64,000 nt of DNA from an uncultured Candidatus Saccharibacteria bacterium (GTDB taxonomy: Bacteria; Patescibacteriota; Minisyncoccia; Phycocordibacterales; UBA9973). The stretch is taken from NCBI GenBank assembly GCA_964591445.1, contig CAZQAW010000002.1, forward strand, positions 3,394 to 67,393. Reading direction: 5' to 3'. Below, piece by piece: positions 26,117 through 36,440 of the stretch (positions are counted from its first letter, which is position 1; each line of letters begins with the position of its first letter). Below the pieces are notes generated by a model, which was given only the letters and a program-made list of their open reading frames with translations, was not told where the DNA came from and ran no database searches. Both the position numbers and the translations under genes were made by a program.

Positions 26117-26240
26117 ATGTGCTTGTGTTTTTAATATTATTAAAATTTTGTGAATTAGGATATTTATTTAGATAGTACGCCTGTCTATACAGCTTGTCAA
26201 CATTTGAAGTTTGGGGGCGGAAAGCGTATAAATAGAGCAT

Positions 26241-26717
26241 ATGAAACTCATTGCCATTGATCCTGGATACGACCGCGTGGGGATTGCGATTATAGAAAAA
26301 GACGGAAAAAACCGCGAGACACTTCTCTATTCCGACTGCTTTTGTACTGACAAAACACAGACTATTACCGAGCGGATTTTTTCTGCCGGACAAGAAGTTG
26401 AATGGCTGATCAAACAATTCGCGCCAGAGATGATGGCTTTGGAAAAGCTTTTTTTTGCAAACAATAAAACAACAGCTATGGGAGTTTCGGAAGCGCGCGG
26501 AGCGTTGCTTTATATTGCGTCACAATATAATTTGAAAATCGTTGAATATACGCCGGTGGAAATCAAAGTTGCGGTGGCAAGCTACGGTAAAGCAACAAAG
26601 GAAGACGTACACAATATGGTTGCAAAACTCATAACACTTCCTACAAAGAAGCGTTTGGATGACGAAGTAGACGCTATCGCGCTCGGCCTCACCGCCTTGG
26701 CACATAAGGGTTTTTAA
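26241..26717 (+). CDS. ruvC: Crossover junction endodeoxyribonuclease RuvC
   Basis: IAIDPG, ALEKLFF, EARG, EYTP.EIK.AV..YGKATK, DDEVDAIA. Confidence 0.96.
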   Translation: MKLIAIDPGYDRVGIAIIEKDGKNRETLLYSDCFCTDKTQTITERIFSAGQEVEWLIKQFAPEMMALEKLFFANNKTTAMGVSEARGALLYIASQYNLKIVEYTPVEIKVAVASYGKATKEDVHNMVAKLITLPTKKRLDDEVDAIALGLTALAHKGF

Positions 26718-26834
26718 GGAATTTCCTCGTTTTCCACACACTTTGCCTTTACCTCTTGCAAAGCGTAAAACTTTTTGTTACAAATAATGCACTAAGTAAA
26801 TAACGGTCGCTATTATTATTTATTTTTATATCGT

Positions 26835-27017
26835 ATGAGTTATAAAGACGACGAAATGACCATGGAAGAAACAGACATATTCATGAACAATGCAGATATA
26901 GCAGAGGAAGATGAAATGGATATGAGTGATGACGACATGGATATGGACGACGACGCGCTCGACATGGATGAAGACGGAGACGACGACATGTTTGGCGGCG
27001 AAGAAGAAAATAATTAA
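26835..27017 (+). CDS. Small hyper-acidic (D/E/M-rich) protein
   Basis: 60 aa, about half D/E; terminator at about 27028-27055. Confidence 0.65.
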   Translation: MSYKDDEMTMEETDIFMNNADIAEEDEMDMSDDDMDMDDDALDMDEDGDDDMFGGEEENN

Positions 27018-27062
27018 AAGGAAATATAAAAAGCGCAGCTCTCGCTGCGCTTTTTATATTAA

Positions 27063-28445
27063 TTATATTGTGAATTTAACAAACCGCTTTTTGCCGATCT
27101 TGAGCGTAAGCTCTTGTTCTATTTTTATTTGCGGGTCGGAAATCTTTTCTTTTGTTTCCAGGTCTGTGACCGCGCCTTCGTCGAGCAAGCGACGGAATTC
27201 CCCTTTTGATTCTACAAGCCCATTTGCAAGTACGGCATCGATCAAAAGTGTTTCTTTTTCAACTTTGAATTCATCGATCTCATCCGGAATTTCTTTTTTC
27301 TGGAACTTGGTAATAAAGTCTTCTTCGGCTTCTTTGACATTTTTCTCACCGTGATATTCAGCAACAATCTGCCGTGCAAGTTCCATTTTGATATCTTTTG
27401 GATTCACTTTGCCGCCGGCAATTTCTTTTTTGATTTCTTCGATTCTGTCGAGCGTTGTGTATGTGCAAAGTTCAAAGTAGTTTGCAATGACAGAGTCTGG
27501 AATCGAAAGCACTTTGCCGTACATGTTGGCCGGTGTGTCAGTGATAGCAATGTAGTTATCCAAACTCTTACTCATCTTTTCTTTTCCATCGAGTCCAACA
27601 AGGAGTTCAAAACCAAGCACTGCTTGTGGCGGCTGATTGTTCATCTTCATCACATCGCGGCCGACAAGCATGTTGAACATTTGGTCTGTACCGCCAACTT
27701 CGAGGTCACACGAGCCATAGATAGACGCGAGAACCGTCGAGTCGATACCTTGAAGCACAGGGTACATCATTTCGTGCATATAGAGCTCTTGGTTGTTTTT
27801 GAGTCGAAGTTGAAACATGTCACGTTCGATCAAGCGAGAGTGGGTAATATGTCGAAGTGTTGCAAGAAATCGAGAGAGAGAAACTCCATGCACAATATTG
27901 TTCTTCAAATGTGTTTTCTGCATTCGAGTTTCGTCATAAATAACAGCTTTGCCTAAAAATGAATTTCCATCGACAGAAAGTTTGCTTTCAGTTTCTGGGA
28001 CGTTGATATTTACTTTCAACCCTTCTTGGACAGAGATGTCTGTCACCCCAGCAAACCAGTCTGAATTGCGGATCCAAGAAAATACTTTTTCATCGAGCAA
28101 AAGGATCTTCCCTACTTGGTCGAGGTACGTTTTCATATTTTCTTCAATTTGCTTTTGGTCGATTTCTGGGCGAACTTTGCTTTTGCCTGTCGGGTCGCCG
28201 ATCATGGTCGTGTAGTCTCCGATCAAGAAAATAACCTTACAGCCCAGATCCTGGAACCGGCGAAGCTTGCGGAAGACGACCGCGTGCCCGATATGAATAT
28301 CCGGCCGAGTCACATCCACGCCAAATTTAATCACCACTTTTTCTGGCTGTTCAATAAGCTTCTTACGAAAAGCGCCGTCCGGGTCGATAAACTCTCCTAC
28401 CCCACGCGCCAGCAATTCGTCTATAATTTGAACTCTTTCTTTCAT
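27063..28445 (-). CDS. tyrS: Tyrosine--tRNA ligase
   Basis: HIGH, GDPTGK, YPVLQGID, GGTDQMFN, KMSKS, C-terminal S4 domain (KIGKKRF). Confidence 0.97.
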   Translation of the reverse strand: MKERVQIIDELLARGVGEFIDPDGAFRKKLIEQPEKVVIKFGVDVTRPDIHIGHAVVFRKLRRFQDLGCKVIFLIGDYTTMIGDPTGKSKVRPEIDQKQIEENMKTYLDQVGKILLLDEKVFSWIRNSDWFAGVTDISVQEGLKVNINVPETESKLSVDGNSFLGKAVIYDETRMQKTHLKNNIVHGVSLSRFLATLRHITHSRLIERDMFQLRLKNNQELYMHEMMYPVLQGIDSTVLASIYGSCDLEVGGTDQMFNMLVGRDVMKMNNQPPQAVLGFELLVGLDGKEKMSKSLDNYIAITDTPANMYGKVLSIPDSVIANYFELCTYTTLDRIEEIKKEIAGGKVNPKDIKMELARQIVAEYHGEKNVKEAEEDFITKFQKKEIPDEIDEFKVEKETLLIDAVLANGLVESKGEFRRLLDEGAVTDLETKEKISDPQIKIEQELTLKIGKKRFVKFTI

Positions 28446-28538
28446 AGGCACACTTTAGCATAAATGACGCTTTTTGTCTTTTAGATAAAATAAAAACCCC
28501 TCCTTAATACGGAGAGGTCTTTTAAAATTTTAACCTTC

Positions 28539-29255
28539 TTATAGTTCAATAAGTTTTCGCGCAGTTTGTGCTATCTCATATTCTTTTACACAACCACCTG
28601 CTTTTTCCCAACCTTCATTCATGACTATCTTTCCAATTGGCAAAGAAGTTATAACCGGTTGATAGAAAAGCTCAAACTTACTATGAGTTTCACCTTCTTT
28701 TATAAAAGGAAGGTGACAATTTAAAAACGGGATTTGATTAAAAACGAGTCCGTTATTTTCTTCTGCAATATCAAGTATTTTCTTTCTTAAATCTTTAATA
28801 CCTTTCCTAATACCTTTAGGATGAGAATATAGTGGACTACTTATAAAAGCCAGACCTGAGTCACTCATATCCATCATCCACAAAATTGCTTTATAGCGTA
28901 GCTGGGTATAATTTTCACAAGAACGTAAAGTTCTTGATACTTTATATTCCATAATCCAGTTAGCCAAATAAAGAGTTATCCGCCAACTAATCCTTCGGCT
29001 TAAACCAAGATTGGTTTGTTTTTCATACCACTCAGATGAGTTATAAGGGATTTCATAATACCTTGAATAGTATGATTTTTGAGCAATTTTTTGAAATTCT
29101 TTATGAGAATTCAAAAAAATAATTCTCAATAATGGAATTAGCTTAGGTATACGACAAAGAAAAAAGTACTGTGATTCTACGCCAAGTAATATCATTGGAC
29201 TGCATACAAGAAACCCAAGAAGGGTTGTGTACATAATTTCTACTATTGTGTTCAT
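28539..29255 (-). CDS. AT-rich orphan protein with an N-terminal hydrophobic segment
   Basis: 238-aa ORF; TTGACT-17-TATAAT promoter at about 29285-29313. Confidence 0.6.
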   Translation of the reverse strand: MNTIVEIMYTTLLGFLVCSPMILLGVESQYFFLCRIPKLIPLLRIIFLNSHKEFQKIAQKSYYSRYYEIPYNSSEWYEKQTNLGLSRRISWRITLYLANWIMEYKVSRTLRSCENYTQLRYKAILWMMDMSDSGLAFISSPLYSHPKGIRKGIKDLRKKILDIAEENNGLVFNQIPFLNCHLPFIKEGETHSKFELFYQPVITSLPIGKIVMNEGWEKAGGCVKEYEIAQTARKLIEL

Positions 29256-29367
29256 ACGTATTGGTTTTTAATTTTTTCATTTAAATTATATCATACTAAT
29301 TTTATTAAGTCAAATAATTTATTTTTATGTCACAAAAACATTATTTTCTATGTTACTATTTATACAT

Positions 29368-31875
29368 ATGAAAAAAATTGTATCTTTGTTTGGTAGCTCG
29401 AAACATCGCGTCCGAAATATCATCTTTTCTGTTTTGGGTGTTGGTATTATCTTGGCGAGTTTTCTTTTTATTTGGATCGGGTCACTCGATATTCCCGACT
29501 TCAAATCCTTTGACGAACGACGAGTTGAAAAGTCGACACAGATCTACGACCGCACCGGCGAAGTCTTACTCTACGACATTCACAACAACTACAAACGAAC
29601 AGTTATTCCCTTTTCTGAAATGGGCACAAATATCAAAAACGCAACTGTCGCTGTTGAAGACGCGGAATTTTACAACCATAAAGGTATTCGCATAAAATCC
29701 ATCATTCGCGCGGTGCTTTCAAATTTGAACATTATTAAAAACGGAAATACTCAAGGTGGATCAACCATCACACAACAAGTTATTAAAAATAGCCTCCTTA
29801 CTCAAGACAAAAAAATTACCCGTAAACTCAAAGAGTGGTTTCTTGCAGTAAAGCTTGAACAAGTGATGTCTAAAGAAGATATTTTGGCAATCTATTTGAA
29901 CGAAAATCCTTACGGCGGAAGCATGTATGGTATACAAGAAGCTTCAAGAACATTCTTTGGTAAAGAACCGAAAGATTTAACAATAGCCGAATCGGCCTAT
30001 TTAGCAGCGATACCAAATGCGCCGACATACTATTCGCCTTATGGAAAAAACAAAACAAAACTTGATGAACGCAAAAACTTTATTTTGGGGCGAGAAAAAG
30101 AACTTGGTTTTATAACTCAAGAAGAATATGACACAGCGAAAGCAGAAGTGGTAGAGTTCAAACCGCAAGAACTTGTCGGCATCAAAGCGCCACACTTTGT
30201 GTTTTACATAAAAGAATATTTGGAGACAACATACGGCCCAGACATGGTGGAATATGGCGGATTGAAAGTCATCACAACACTCGACGCAGAACTCCAAGCA
30301 AAAGCGGAAGAAGTTGCGCTTACAAATGCGCTTAAAAATCAAAAAGACTTTAACGCTTCAAATACAGCAGTTGTTATCCTTGATCCAAAAACCGGTCAAG
30401 TGCTTTCGATGGTTGGTTCACGAAACTATTTCGACAAAGAAATCGACGGGCAATTCAACGCCGCAACTGGCTTCCGACAGCCGGGTTCATCATTTAAACC
30501 ATTCGTTTATGCAGCCGCATTTGGCAAAGGCTATACTCCAGAAACGACATTGTTTGATGTACCGACGGAATTTAATGCAAGTTGTTCTCCATATGGCGGC
30601 GGAAAGAATTGCTATATGCCAGACAACTACAACGGCGAATTCCACGGCCCGATGATGCTCAAAAATGCTTTGGCTGAATCCATCAACGTTCCGGCAGTTA
30701 AACTTTTGTATTTGGTTGGTATCAAAGACGCGATCAAAACTGCAAAAGATATGGGTATCAAAACGCTTACCGACCCGGACCGATACGGACTTACTCTCGT
30801 GCTCGGAGGCGGCGAGGTTTCACTTCTTGATATGGCCGGCGCGTATGGAACATTTGCAAACGGCGGCGTTAAACAAAAAACACAATCAATACTTTCTATT
30901 CAAGATTCCAATGGAACAATGCTTGAAGAATACCAGGAAGAAAAAGCCCAAGTACTCGACAAAAATGTCGCGCTTACTATCTCGCAAATACTTTCAGATA
31001 ACGAACTTCGAACTCCAACTTTCGGTACTAATTCAACCTTGAACGTTTCTCCAAACGTTGCCGTCAAAACCGGTACCACAAATGCAAACAAAGACGCCTG
31101 GATGATGGGATATTCAACTTCGGTTGTAGTGGGAGTCTGGAGTGGAAACAACGACAACACTTCGATGAAAAAAGGTTCGACTGTTTCTGGTCCGACGTTT
31201 AGCGCGCTCATGCGCGAAGCGCTGAAGAAATATCCGGAAACGTCTTTTGAAGACCCACTTCCAAATCCTAATTATGATTTTTTGAAACCAGTCATTCGAG
31301 GTAAATGGTTAGGAGGTGAAAGCTTTACGATAGACTCGATTTCCGGAAAACTTGCAACAGAATTTACTCCGACAGAAACTCGGGTTGAAAAAGTGATTAC
31401 CAATGTGCACGATATACTTTACTGGGTAGACAAGAGCGACCCGATGGGTCCGGCACCAACAAACCCAGAAAAGGATTCTCAGTTTAAAAATTGGGAAACA
31501 GCTGCGCAAAACTGGTGGAATAAAAATCAAGGAAGCTACCCTGTTGTAAGCACAGGCAGCGCTCCAACCGAGTATGATGACGTTCACACACTTGCAAGCA
31601 AGCCAACGGTTACATTTATTTCTCCAATAACAAACCAAACAGTTAGTGGTGAAAGCCAAGTGACAGTAAACATTTCCATGACAGGCATGTATCCTTTCAA
31701 AAAAATGGATGTGTTTGTAAACAACGTATTTCTTGGCTCTACTCAAACAAATACTTTTACATTTACACCAAACGATATTGAAGGAATAAGCGAAACAAAC
31801 GAGCTCCGCGTGCTCGTTAAAGACAGTATTTATAATGCGGGTGAAGCAAAAAACACATTCACTGTCACACTTTAG
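29368..31875 (+). CDS. Class A penicillin-binding protein (transglycosylase plus transpeptidase)
   Basis: EDAEFYNH, QGGSTITQQ, RKLKE, QPGSSFKP (SxxK), SIN, KTGT. Confidence 0.95.
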   Translation: MKKIVSLFGSSKHRVRNIIFSVLGVGIILASFLFIWIGSLDIPDFKSFDERRVEKSTQIYDRTGEVLLYDIHNNYKRTVIPFSEMGTNIKNATVAVEDAEFYNHKGIRIKSIIRAVLSNLNIIKNGNTQGGSTITQQVIKNSLLTQDKKITRKLKEWFLAVKLEQVMSKEDILAIYLNENPYGGSMYGIQEASRTFFGKEPKDLTIAESAYLAAIPNAPTYYSPYGKNKTKLDERKNFILGREKELGFITQEEYDTAKAEVVEFKPQELVGIKAPHFVFYIKEYLETTYGPDMVEYGGLKVITTLDAELQAKAEEVALTNALKNQKDFNASNTAVVILDPKTGQVLSMVGSRNYFDKEIDGQFNAATGFRQPGSSFKPFVYAAAFGKGYTPETTLFDVPTEFNASCSPYGGGKNCYMPDNYNGEFHGPMMLKNALAESINVPAVKLLYLVGIKDAIKTAKDMGIKTLTDPDRYGLTLVLGGGEVSLLDMAGAYGTFANGGVKQKTQSILSIQDSNGTMLEEYQEEKAQVLDKNVALTISQILSDNELRTPTFGTNSTLNVSPNVAVKTGTTNANKDAWMMGYSTSVVVGVWSGNNDNTSMKKGSTVSGPTFSALMREALKKYPETSFEDPLPNPNYDFLKPVIRGKWLGGESFTIDSISGKLATEFTPTETRVEKVITNVHDILYWVDKSDPMGPAPTNPEKDSQFKNWETAAQNWWNKNQGSYPVVSTGSAPTEYDDVHTLASKPTVTFISPITNQTVSGESQVTVNISMTGMYPFKKMDVFVNNVFLGSTQTNTFTFTPNDIEGISETNELRVLVKDSIYNAGEAKNTFTVTL

Positions 31876-32133
31876 TTACCATAAGATAGTGCTAACAGGA
31901 ATATTCTCCTTTTTGAGTTCAGTTAAAATCTCATCCTTTTTTATAAAGAGATGCGATTTTAATGTTTGAGATATTTTAAAATGAATAGTATTTTTTTTAA
32001 TTTCAACTTGTTCTTTTGAGAGCTCAATGTTTGTTACTTTTTTGAGCACGCGAAGAATAGATTCTTTTTGGTCGTCGGCCGAAAAAAGTATTTTTTTGAA
32101 TTGGCCTAAAAAATCGTTCAGTCGGCCGTCCAT
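31876..32133 (-). CDS. Small protein downstream of dnaN (possibly DciA/DUF721-like)
   Basis: Coupled to dnaN; C-terminal KKNTIHFKISQTLKSHLFIKKDEILTEL resembles the KH-like DciA pattern. Confidence 0.5.
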   Translation of the reverse strand: MDGRLNDFLGQFKKILFSADDQKESILRVLKKVTNIELSKEQVEIKKNTIHFKISQTLKSHLFIKKDEILTELKKENIPVSTILW

Positions 32134-32134
32134 A

Positions 32135-33232
32135 CTAGCGGTTCATTGGCATTACCAAATAAGTAAATGAAGTGTCGCCGGAACCTTGAATAACGAGCGG
32201 TTTATTGCTGCCATTTGAACGGAACACCACGCTGTCTTGGTGAATGGATTGGAAACAGTCAAACACGTATTTATAATTTACATTCAAATCCACCTGTTCC
32301 CCAGAAAGTGCGCCGTCTACCGAAGTAGTATTTTCCCCGACATCATTATTCTTTGCATAGAGTTTTATTTTTTTCTCTTTCGGGTTAATGGAAAGAGTAA
32401 TTTGGTTAAATTTATCTGAAAAAATATTTGAAATTTTAAGCGCGTTCATTGCGTCTTGTTTTAAAATAATTGCTTCGGTCGTATGAGTTTTTGGAATGAT
32501 CTGTTTGTAGTCAGGGAATACGCCGTCGATAACTCGAGAAGTGAGATAAAGCCCTTGTGTTTCAAAAACGATCTGATTTTTACCAATAACCATATTCGCA
32601 TCGGTATCTATATCCTGACACACACGCACTATTTCTAAAATGTTCTTATACGGAATAATGATCGGAGAAAATTCATACGTTTCTTTAGTTTTTATTTTCT
32701 TTTCCGCTAAGCGGAATGAGTCAGTCGAGACAAATACAAGAGAACCTTGATCCGGATACATATACACACTTGAAATTTCTGGCTTTATTTCAGAGAGTGA
32801 TGCGCTGTAGTATACCGCTTTAAAGCCTTCTATAAGCTTTTTAAGAGGGATTGTGATGGATTCACCTTCTACAGTCGGAAGCGTTGGAAAATCTTCGGCT
32901 GGCTGGCCTTTAAGGATAAAAGAATTCTTTTTTGTTATCATTTCCAGGTTTCCATTCTTGAGCTCAATATTTACAACACCTTCGTCATACATAGTAGAAA
33001 AAAGACTTGAAAGAAGTGTTCCAGAAACAGCACAAACACCCTCTTGCTCGACTTTTGCCGGAACTTCAAGTTCGATACCTAAAGAAAGATTTGTTGCGCG
33101 AAGCTTCACACTTTTACCAGCGACCACAAAAAGAATAGATGAAAGCACAGGGAGGGTTAGATTTTTACCCGTTACGCGTTCAGCATTACTTATAGCCTTC
33201 TTTAGTTTTTCAATTGAACACTCGAATTTCAT
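32135..33232 (-). CDS. dnaN: DNA polymerase III beta sliding clamp
   Basis: LPVLSSIL...ATNL...DFPTLP...STDSFRLA...SRVIDGVFPDY...YLVMPM. Confidence 0.97.
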   Translation of the reverse strand: MKFECSIEKLKKAISNAERVTGKNLTLPVLSSILFVVAGKSVKLRATNLSLGIELEVPAKVEQEGVCAVSGTLLSSLFSTMYDEGVVNIELKNGNLEMITKKNSFILKGQPAEDFPTLPTVEGESITIPLKKLIEGFKAVYYSASLSEIKPEISSVYMYPDQGSLVFVSTDSFRLAEKKIKTKETYEFSPIIIPYKNILEIVRVCQDIDTDANMVIGKNQIVFETQGLYLTSRVIDGVFPDYKQIIPKTHTTEAIILKQDAMNALKISNIFSDKFNQITLSINPKEKKIKLYAKNNDVGENTTSVDGALSGEQVDLNVNYKYVFDCFQSIHQDSVVFRSNGSNKPLVIQGSGDTSFTYLVMPMNR

Positions 33233-33234
33233 AT

Positions 33235-33463
33235 ATGTGTATTTTATTCTTTATTAAATACTATTACTAATACTAGCATGGTGGATATGTGGATTAGTGG
33301 TATAAAACCCTTATTTTGTATAGCTTAATTGATAATTTCATACTGTTTATTTCTTGTTGATAATGTTGACTGTATGTTTATAAATACACATTTTTCATTA
33401 AAGGATATATTCTTTCCACAGATGAGGTATCGGTTGTATACACACTTCACACTCTTTTCCACA
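33235..33463. other. Putative oriC segment (dnaA-dnaN intergenic)
   Basis: AT-rich, with several DnaA-box-like 9-mers (TGTGGATTA, CTTTCCACA, TTTTCCACA, GTATACACA). Confidence 0.7.
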
Positions 33464-34813
33464 TTATTTAAACAGAGTTCTCAACTGTTCAAGCTCTTGG
33501 ATAAGTCCCGGGTCGGTTTTTAAATCTTTCTTGATCTTTAAACACGAGTGAATGACGGTCGTATGGTCTTTACCACCCAATTTTTGCCCAATAAGAGGGT
33601 ATGAGACATTGAAATCCTCTCGAAGGATATACATAACAAGCTGGCGTGCCTTTACTATCTCCTTTCGGCGTGTCTTGTCATAAATAGCTTCTTCTTCAAG
33701 GTTAAAGAATTCAGCAATAGACTTCACCACATCTTTAATTGCGACATTTTTCTTTGGGCGAATGTTATTTTTGATAAGATTTTTAACTTCAGCCAATGTA
33801 ATTTCGCGATTTTTGAGTTGAGATTGTACTAAAATAGAATTTAAGCTCCCTTCAAGCTCGCGAATACTGCCTTGGATCGATGCCGCCAGGTGTTCAAGTA
33901 CTTCGTCTGTTATTGAAACAGCTGATTCCTTGAGTTTCTCTTTGAGAATTGCCAAACGAGATTCGTATTCCGGCTGGTTGATATCAACGATCATACCCGC
34001 AGAGAAGCGAGACTTGAGACGGTCTTCAAGGCCTGGAATGTAGTTTGGGTGTTTATCTGAAGAAAAGATAATTTGCTTGTTGTTTTCGTATAAAGTATTG
34101 AATAAATGGAATAATTCTTCTTGTGTTTTCTCTTTTGTGGAGATGAATTGGATATCGTCCATAATAAGCACATCGTATTTACGGTACTTTTCTTTAAAAC
34201 TATTTGGTTTGTTGTTTTGGACGGAGTTGATGTAATCGATAGCGAACTTTTCAAGAGTAATATAATGCACTTTTTTCTCTGGATAGCGAGCTTTAATAGC
34301 ATTTCCTATTCCTTGAATAAGGTGTGTTTTTCCGAGTCCTGTATCTCCATAGATAAAAAACGGGTTATACGAGGTTCCAGGGCGGTTTATGATGGCTTGT
34401 GAAGCAGCATGAGCGAGTTCATTGAATGGTCCGACGACAAATGAATTTAAATCATAGCGTGGGTTTAAGTTGTCTTCTTTGTTGATATATAAATCTTGAA
34501 GTGGAAGTTCTCTGTGACTAAAAACACTTTTATCTTCAAAGTGTTCTTGCGCTTTTTGGCGAGCATCGTGTTTGCTAATGATGTACTCTACCCCGCGAGT
34601 ATCCTCCGCAAATGTCATGAGTGTTTTTAAAATAGACTTGTGAAATTTTTTATAGAGCCAGTCTTTAACGAATTCATTCGGAACGCCGATGTAGATGGTA
34701 CCAGCTTCCTGTTTTGCAATAGAGGTGTTCTTGAACCATGTACTAAAGTTGGCTTTAGACATGTCTTTTTCAAGTTCAAGTAAACAATTGTCCCACAGTT
34801 CTTTGGTATCCAT
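33464..34813 (-). CDS. dnaA: Chromosomal replication initiator DnaA
   Basis: NPFFIYGDTGLGKTHL, DDIQF, QEELFHLFN, RLKSRF, RELEG, KDHTTVIHS; start MDTKELW. Confidence 0.98.
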   Translation of the reverse strand: MDTKELWDNCLLELEKDMSKANFSTWFKNTSIAKQEAGTIYIGVPNEFVKDWLYKKFHKSILKTLMTFAEDTRGVEYIISKHDARQKAQEHFEDKSVFSHRELPLQDLYINKEDNLNPRYDLNSFVVGPFNELAHAASQAIINRPGTSYNPFFIYGDTGLGKTHLIQGIGNAIKARYPEKKVHYITLEKFAIDYINSVQNNKPNSFKEKYRKYDVLIMDDIQFISTKEKTQEELFHLFNTLYENNKQIIFSSDKHPNYIPGLEDRLKSRFSAGMIVDINQPEYESRLAILKEKLKESAVSITDEVLEHLAASIQGSIRELEGSLNSILVQSQLKNREITLAEVKNLIKNNIRPKKNVAIKDVVKSIAEFFNLEEEAIYDKTRRKEIVKARQLVMYILREDFNVSYPLIGQKLGGKDHTTVIHSCLKIKKDLKTDPGLIQELEQLRTLFK

Positions 34814-34856
34814 ATGAAGTACACCTATTATAGACTTTAAAAGTATATTTGCAAAA

Positions 34857-34907
34857 TTATCCACAGCTTAATTAACATGTGGATAAGGTGTGGAAAGATA
34901 TGAATAA
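34857..34907. promoter_or_regulatory. DnaA box cluster upstream of dnaA (oriC part or autoregulation)
   Basis: TTATCCACA 34857-34865, TGTGGATAA 34878-34886, TGTGGAAAG 34889-34897. Confidence 0.85.
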
Positions 34908-34982
34908 CTTTTCTCACCCCTCGCTTCGCAAGGGAGGAAAATTGAGCTTGTAAAATAAAATATTTTATTGTATACTCCCCTC

Positions 34983-35117
34983 ATGTCATTCACATATAAC
35001 CCGAAAAAGCGAAAACGAGCCACAACTCACGGCTTTCTTGTTCGAAGCAAAACCAAGAACGGCAAGAACGTCTTGAAGCGCCGCCGAGCTCAGGGCCGAA
35101 AGCGAATAGCTCTCTAA
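34983..35117 (+). CDS. rpmH: 50S ribosomal protein L34
   Basis: [44 protein letters not shown]; below the ORF-track cutoff. Confidence 0.97.
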   Translation: MSFTYNPKKRKRATTHGFLVRSKTKNGKNVLKRRRAQGRKRIAL

Positions 35118-35120
35118 ACT

Positions 35121-35453
35121 ATGCTCCCAAAGTCCAAGCGCGCCACATCTTCTCATATAGATGAACTCGCAAAAGGTAAAAAGACCCTTTCGGGGGCTTT
35201 TTTTACTATGTCGGTGAGATTTGTAAAAAACCCTTTAGAAATAAGCCGATTTGCGGTTATTGTCTCTAAAAAAGTGGCTAAAACAGCTGTTTCTCGCAAT
35301 AAGCTCCGCCGACAAGCCTATTCCGCCTTGGAAAATAAGGATATTTTTCTTCCCGCTGGGATGATCTGCGCTTTCTATGCTAAAAAAGAGGCTGAAAAAG
35401 CACAATACGCTGATTTATCAAGGGATATTTCAGAACTTATATCAAAAATATGA
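35121..35453 (+). CDS. rnpA: Ribonuclease P protein component
   Basis: RFAVIVSKKVAKTAVSRNKLRR motif and synteny. Confidence 0.93.
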   Translation: MLPKSKRATSSHIDELAKGKKTLSGAFFTMSVRFVKNPLEISRFAVIVSKKVAKTAVSRNKLRRQAYSALENKDIFLPAGMICAFYAKKEAEKAQYADLSRDISELISKI

Positions 35454-35665
35454 ACAAAATAGCTATATTTTTTATCAAATTCTATAAAATAATCCTTCGG
35501 CCATTCTTAGGTAATCAAAAAATCTGTGGATTCTACCCTACTTGTTCCGAATACGGTCTCCAAGCCTTTCAAAAATACAACTTTTTCAAAGCAAGCTATC
35601 TCACTATCCGAAGAATCCTTCGTTGCCATCCTTGGCAGAAAAATCATTTTGATCCACTGCCATAA
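35450..35665 (+). CDS. yidD: Membrane protein insertion efficiency factor
   Basis: CGFYPTCSEY...RILRCHPW...DPLP. Confidence 0.95.
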   Translation: MNKIAIFFIKFYKIILRPFLGNQKICGFYPTCSEYGLQAFQKYNFFKASYLTIRRILRCHPWQKNHFDPLP

Positions 35666-35704
35666 ATATTTTGAATAGTTCTCTTTTTAGAGTACAATAG
35701 GGAA

Positions 35705-36439
35705 ATGTTAACCTCACTTTGGACAGCTGTGCTCTATAAGCCACTTTATAACGCTCTCATTGCCATTATCGAGTTTATCCCGGGCCACAATGTTGCGGTC
35801 GCGGTGATTTTACTTACTATTATCGTCAAACTCATCCTCTTCCCTCTCACTCGCAAATCAATCATCAGCCAGGCAAAATTGAAAGAACTTGAACCGGAAA
35901 TCGCGCGATTGAAAGAACAATTCCCTGACAAACAAGAACAAGCAAAAAAGACGATGGAATTGTACAAGCAATACAACGTCAATCCATTCTCTGGTTGTTT
36001 ACTCATCTTGATCCAAATCCCGATTATCTTTGCGCTCTACTACGTGTTTTACAAAGGACTCAATTTTAATCCCGACATGCTCTACTCGTTCGTTGAATTT
36101 CCAAAAATCATGAGTATGGAATTTTTGGGAATTATGATGCAGGGCAAAAGTATTGTGCTCGCCGTGCTCGCTGGTGTTACACAATTTGTCCAAGCATATC
36201 TTTCTACTACAATGCCGACAAAGAATCCGAATCAGACTGGCTTTGCCGCTTCATTTGCACAAAGCATGAATATCCAAGTTCGTTACGTACTCCCAGTGAT
36301 CGTGGCAATCATCGCTTATCAGATTTCTGCTGCAGTTGCACTTTACTGGGTCACAAGCAACCTCTTTACTATTGGGCAAGAATTCCTCATCCGCCGCAAA
36401 CTAGGGTCCAAGAAAGTATCTGCTGTAACTCTCAACTAA
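35705..36439 (+). CDS. yidC: Membrane protein insertase YidC (short form)
   Basis: LTIIVKLILFPL...MELYK...NPFSGCL...QIPI...LYWVTSN. Confidence 0.95.
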   Translation: MLTSLWTAVLYKPLYNALIAIIEFIPGHNVAVAVILLTIIVKLILFPLTRKSIISQAKLKELEPEIARLKEQFPDKQEQAKKTMELYKQYNVNPFSGCLLILIQIPIIFALYYVFYKGLNFNPDMLYSFVEFPKIMSMEFLGIMMQGKSIVLAVLAGVTQFVQAYLSTTMPTKNPNQTGFAASFAQSMNIQVRYVLPVIVAIIAYQISAAVALYWVTSNLFTIGQEFLIRRKLGSKKVSAVTLN

Positions 36440-36440
36440 C

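Noticed and set aside
26073-26417. 114-aa minus-strand ORF overlapping ruvC
   Set aside because: It is antisense to ruvC and spans a promoter; the 47-aa ORF at 25973-26116 fits the signals better.
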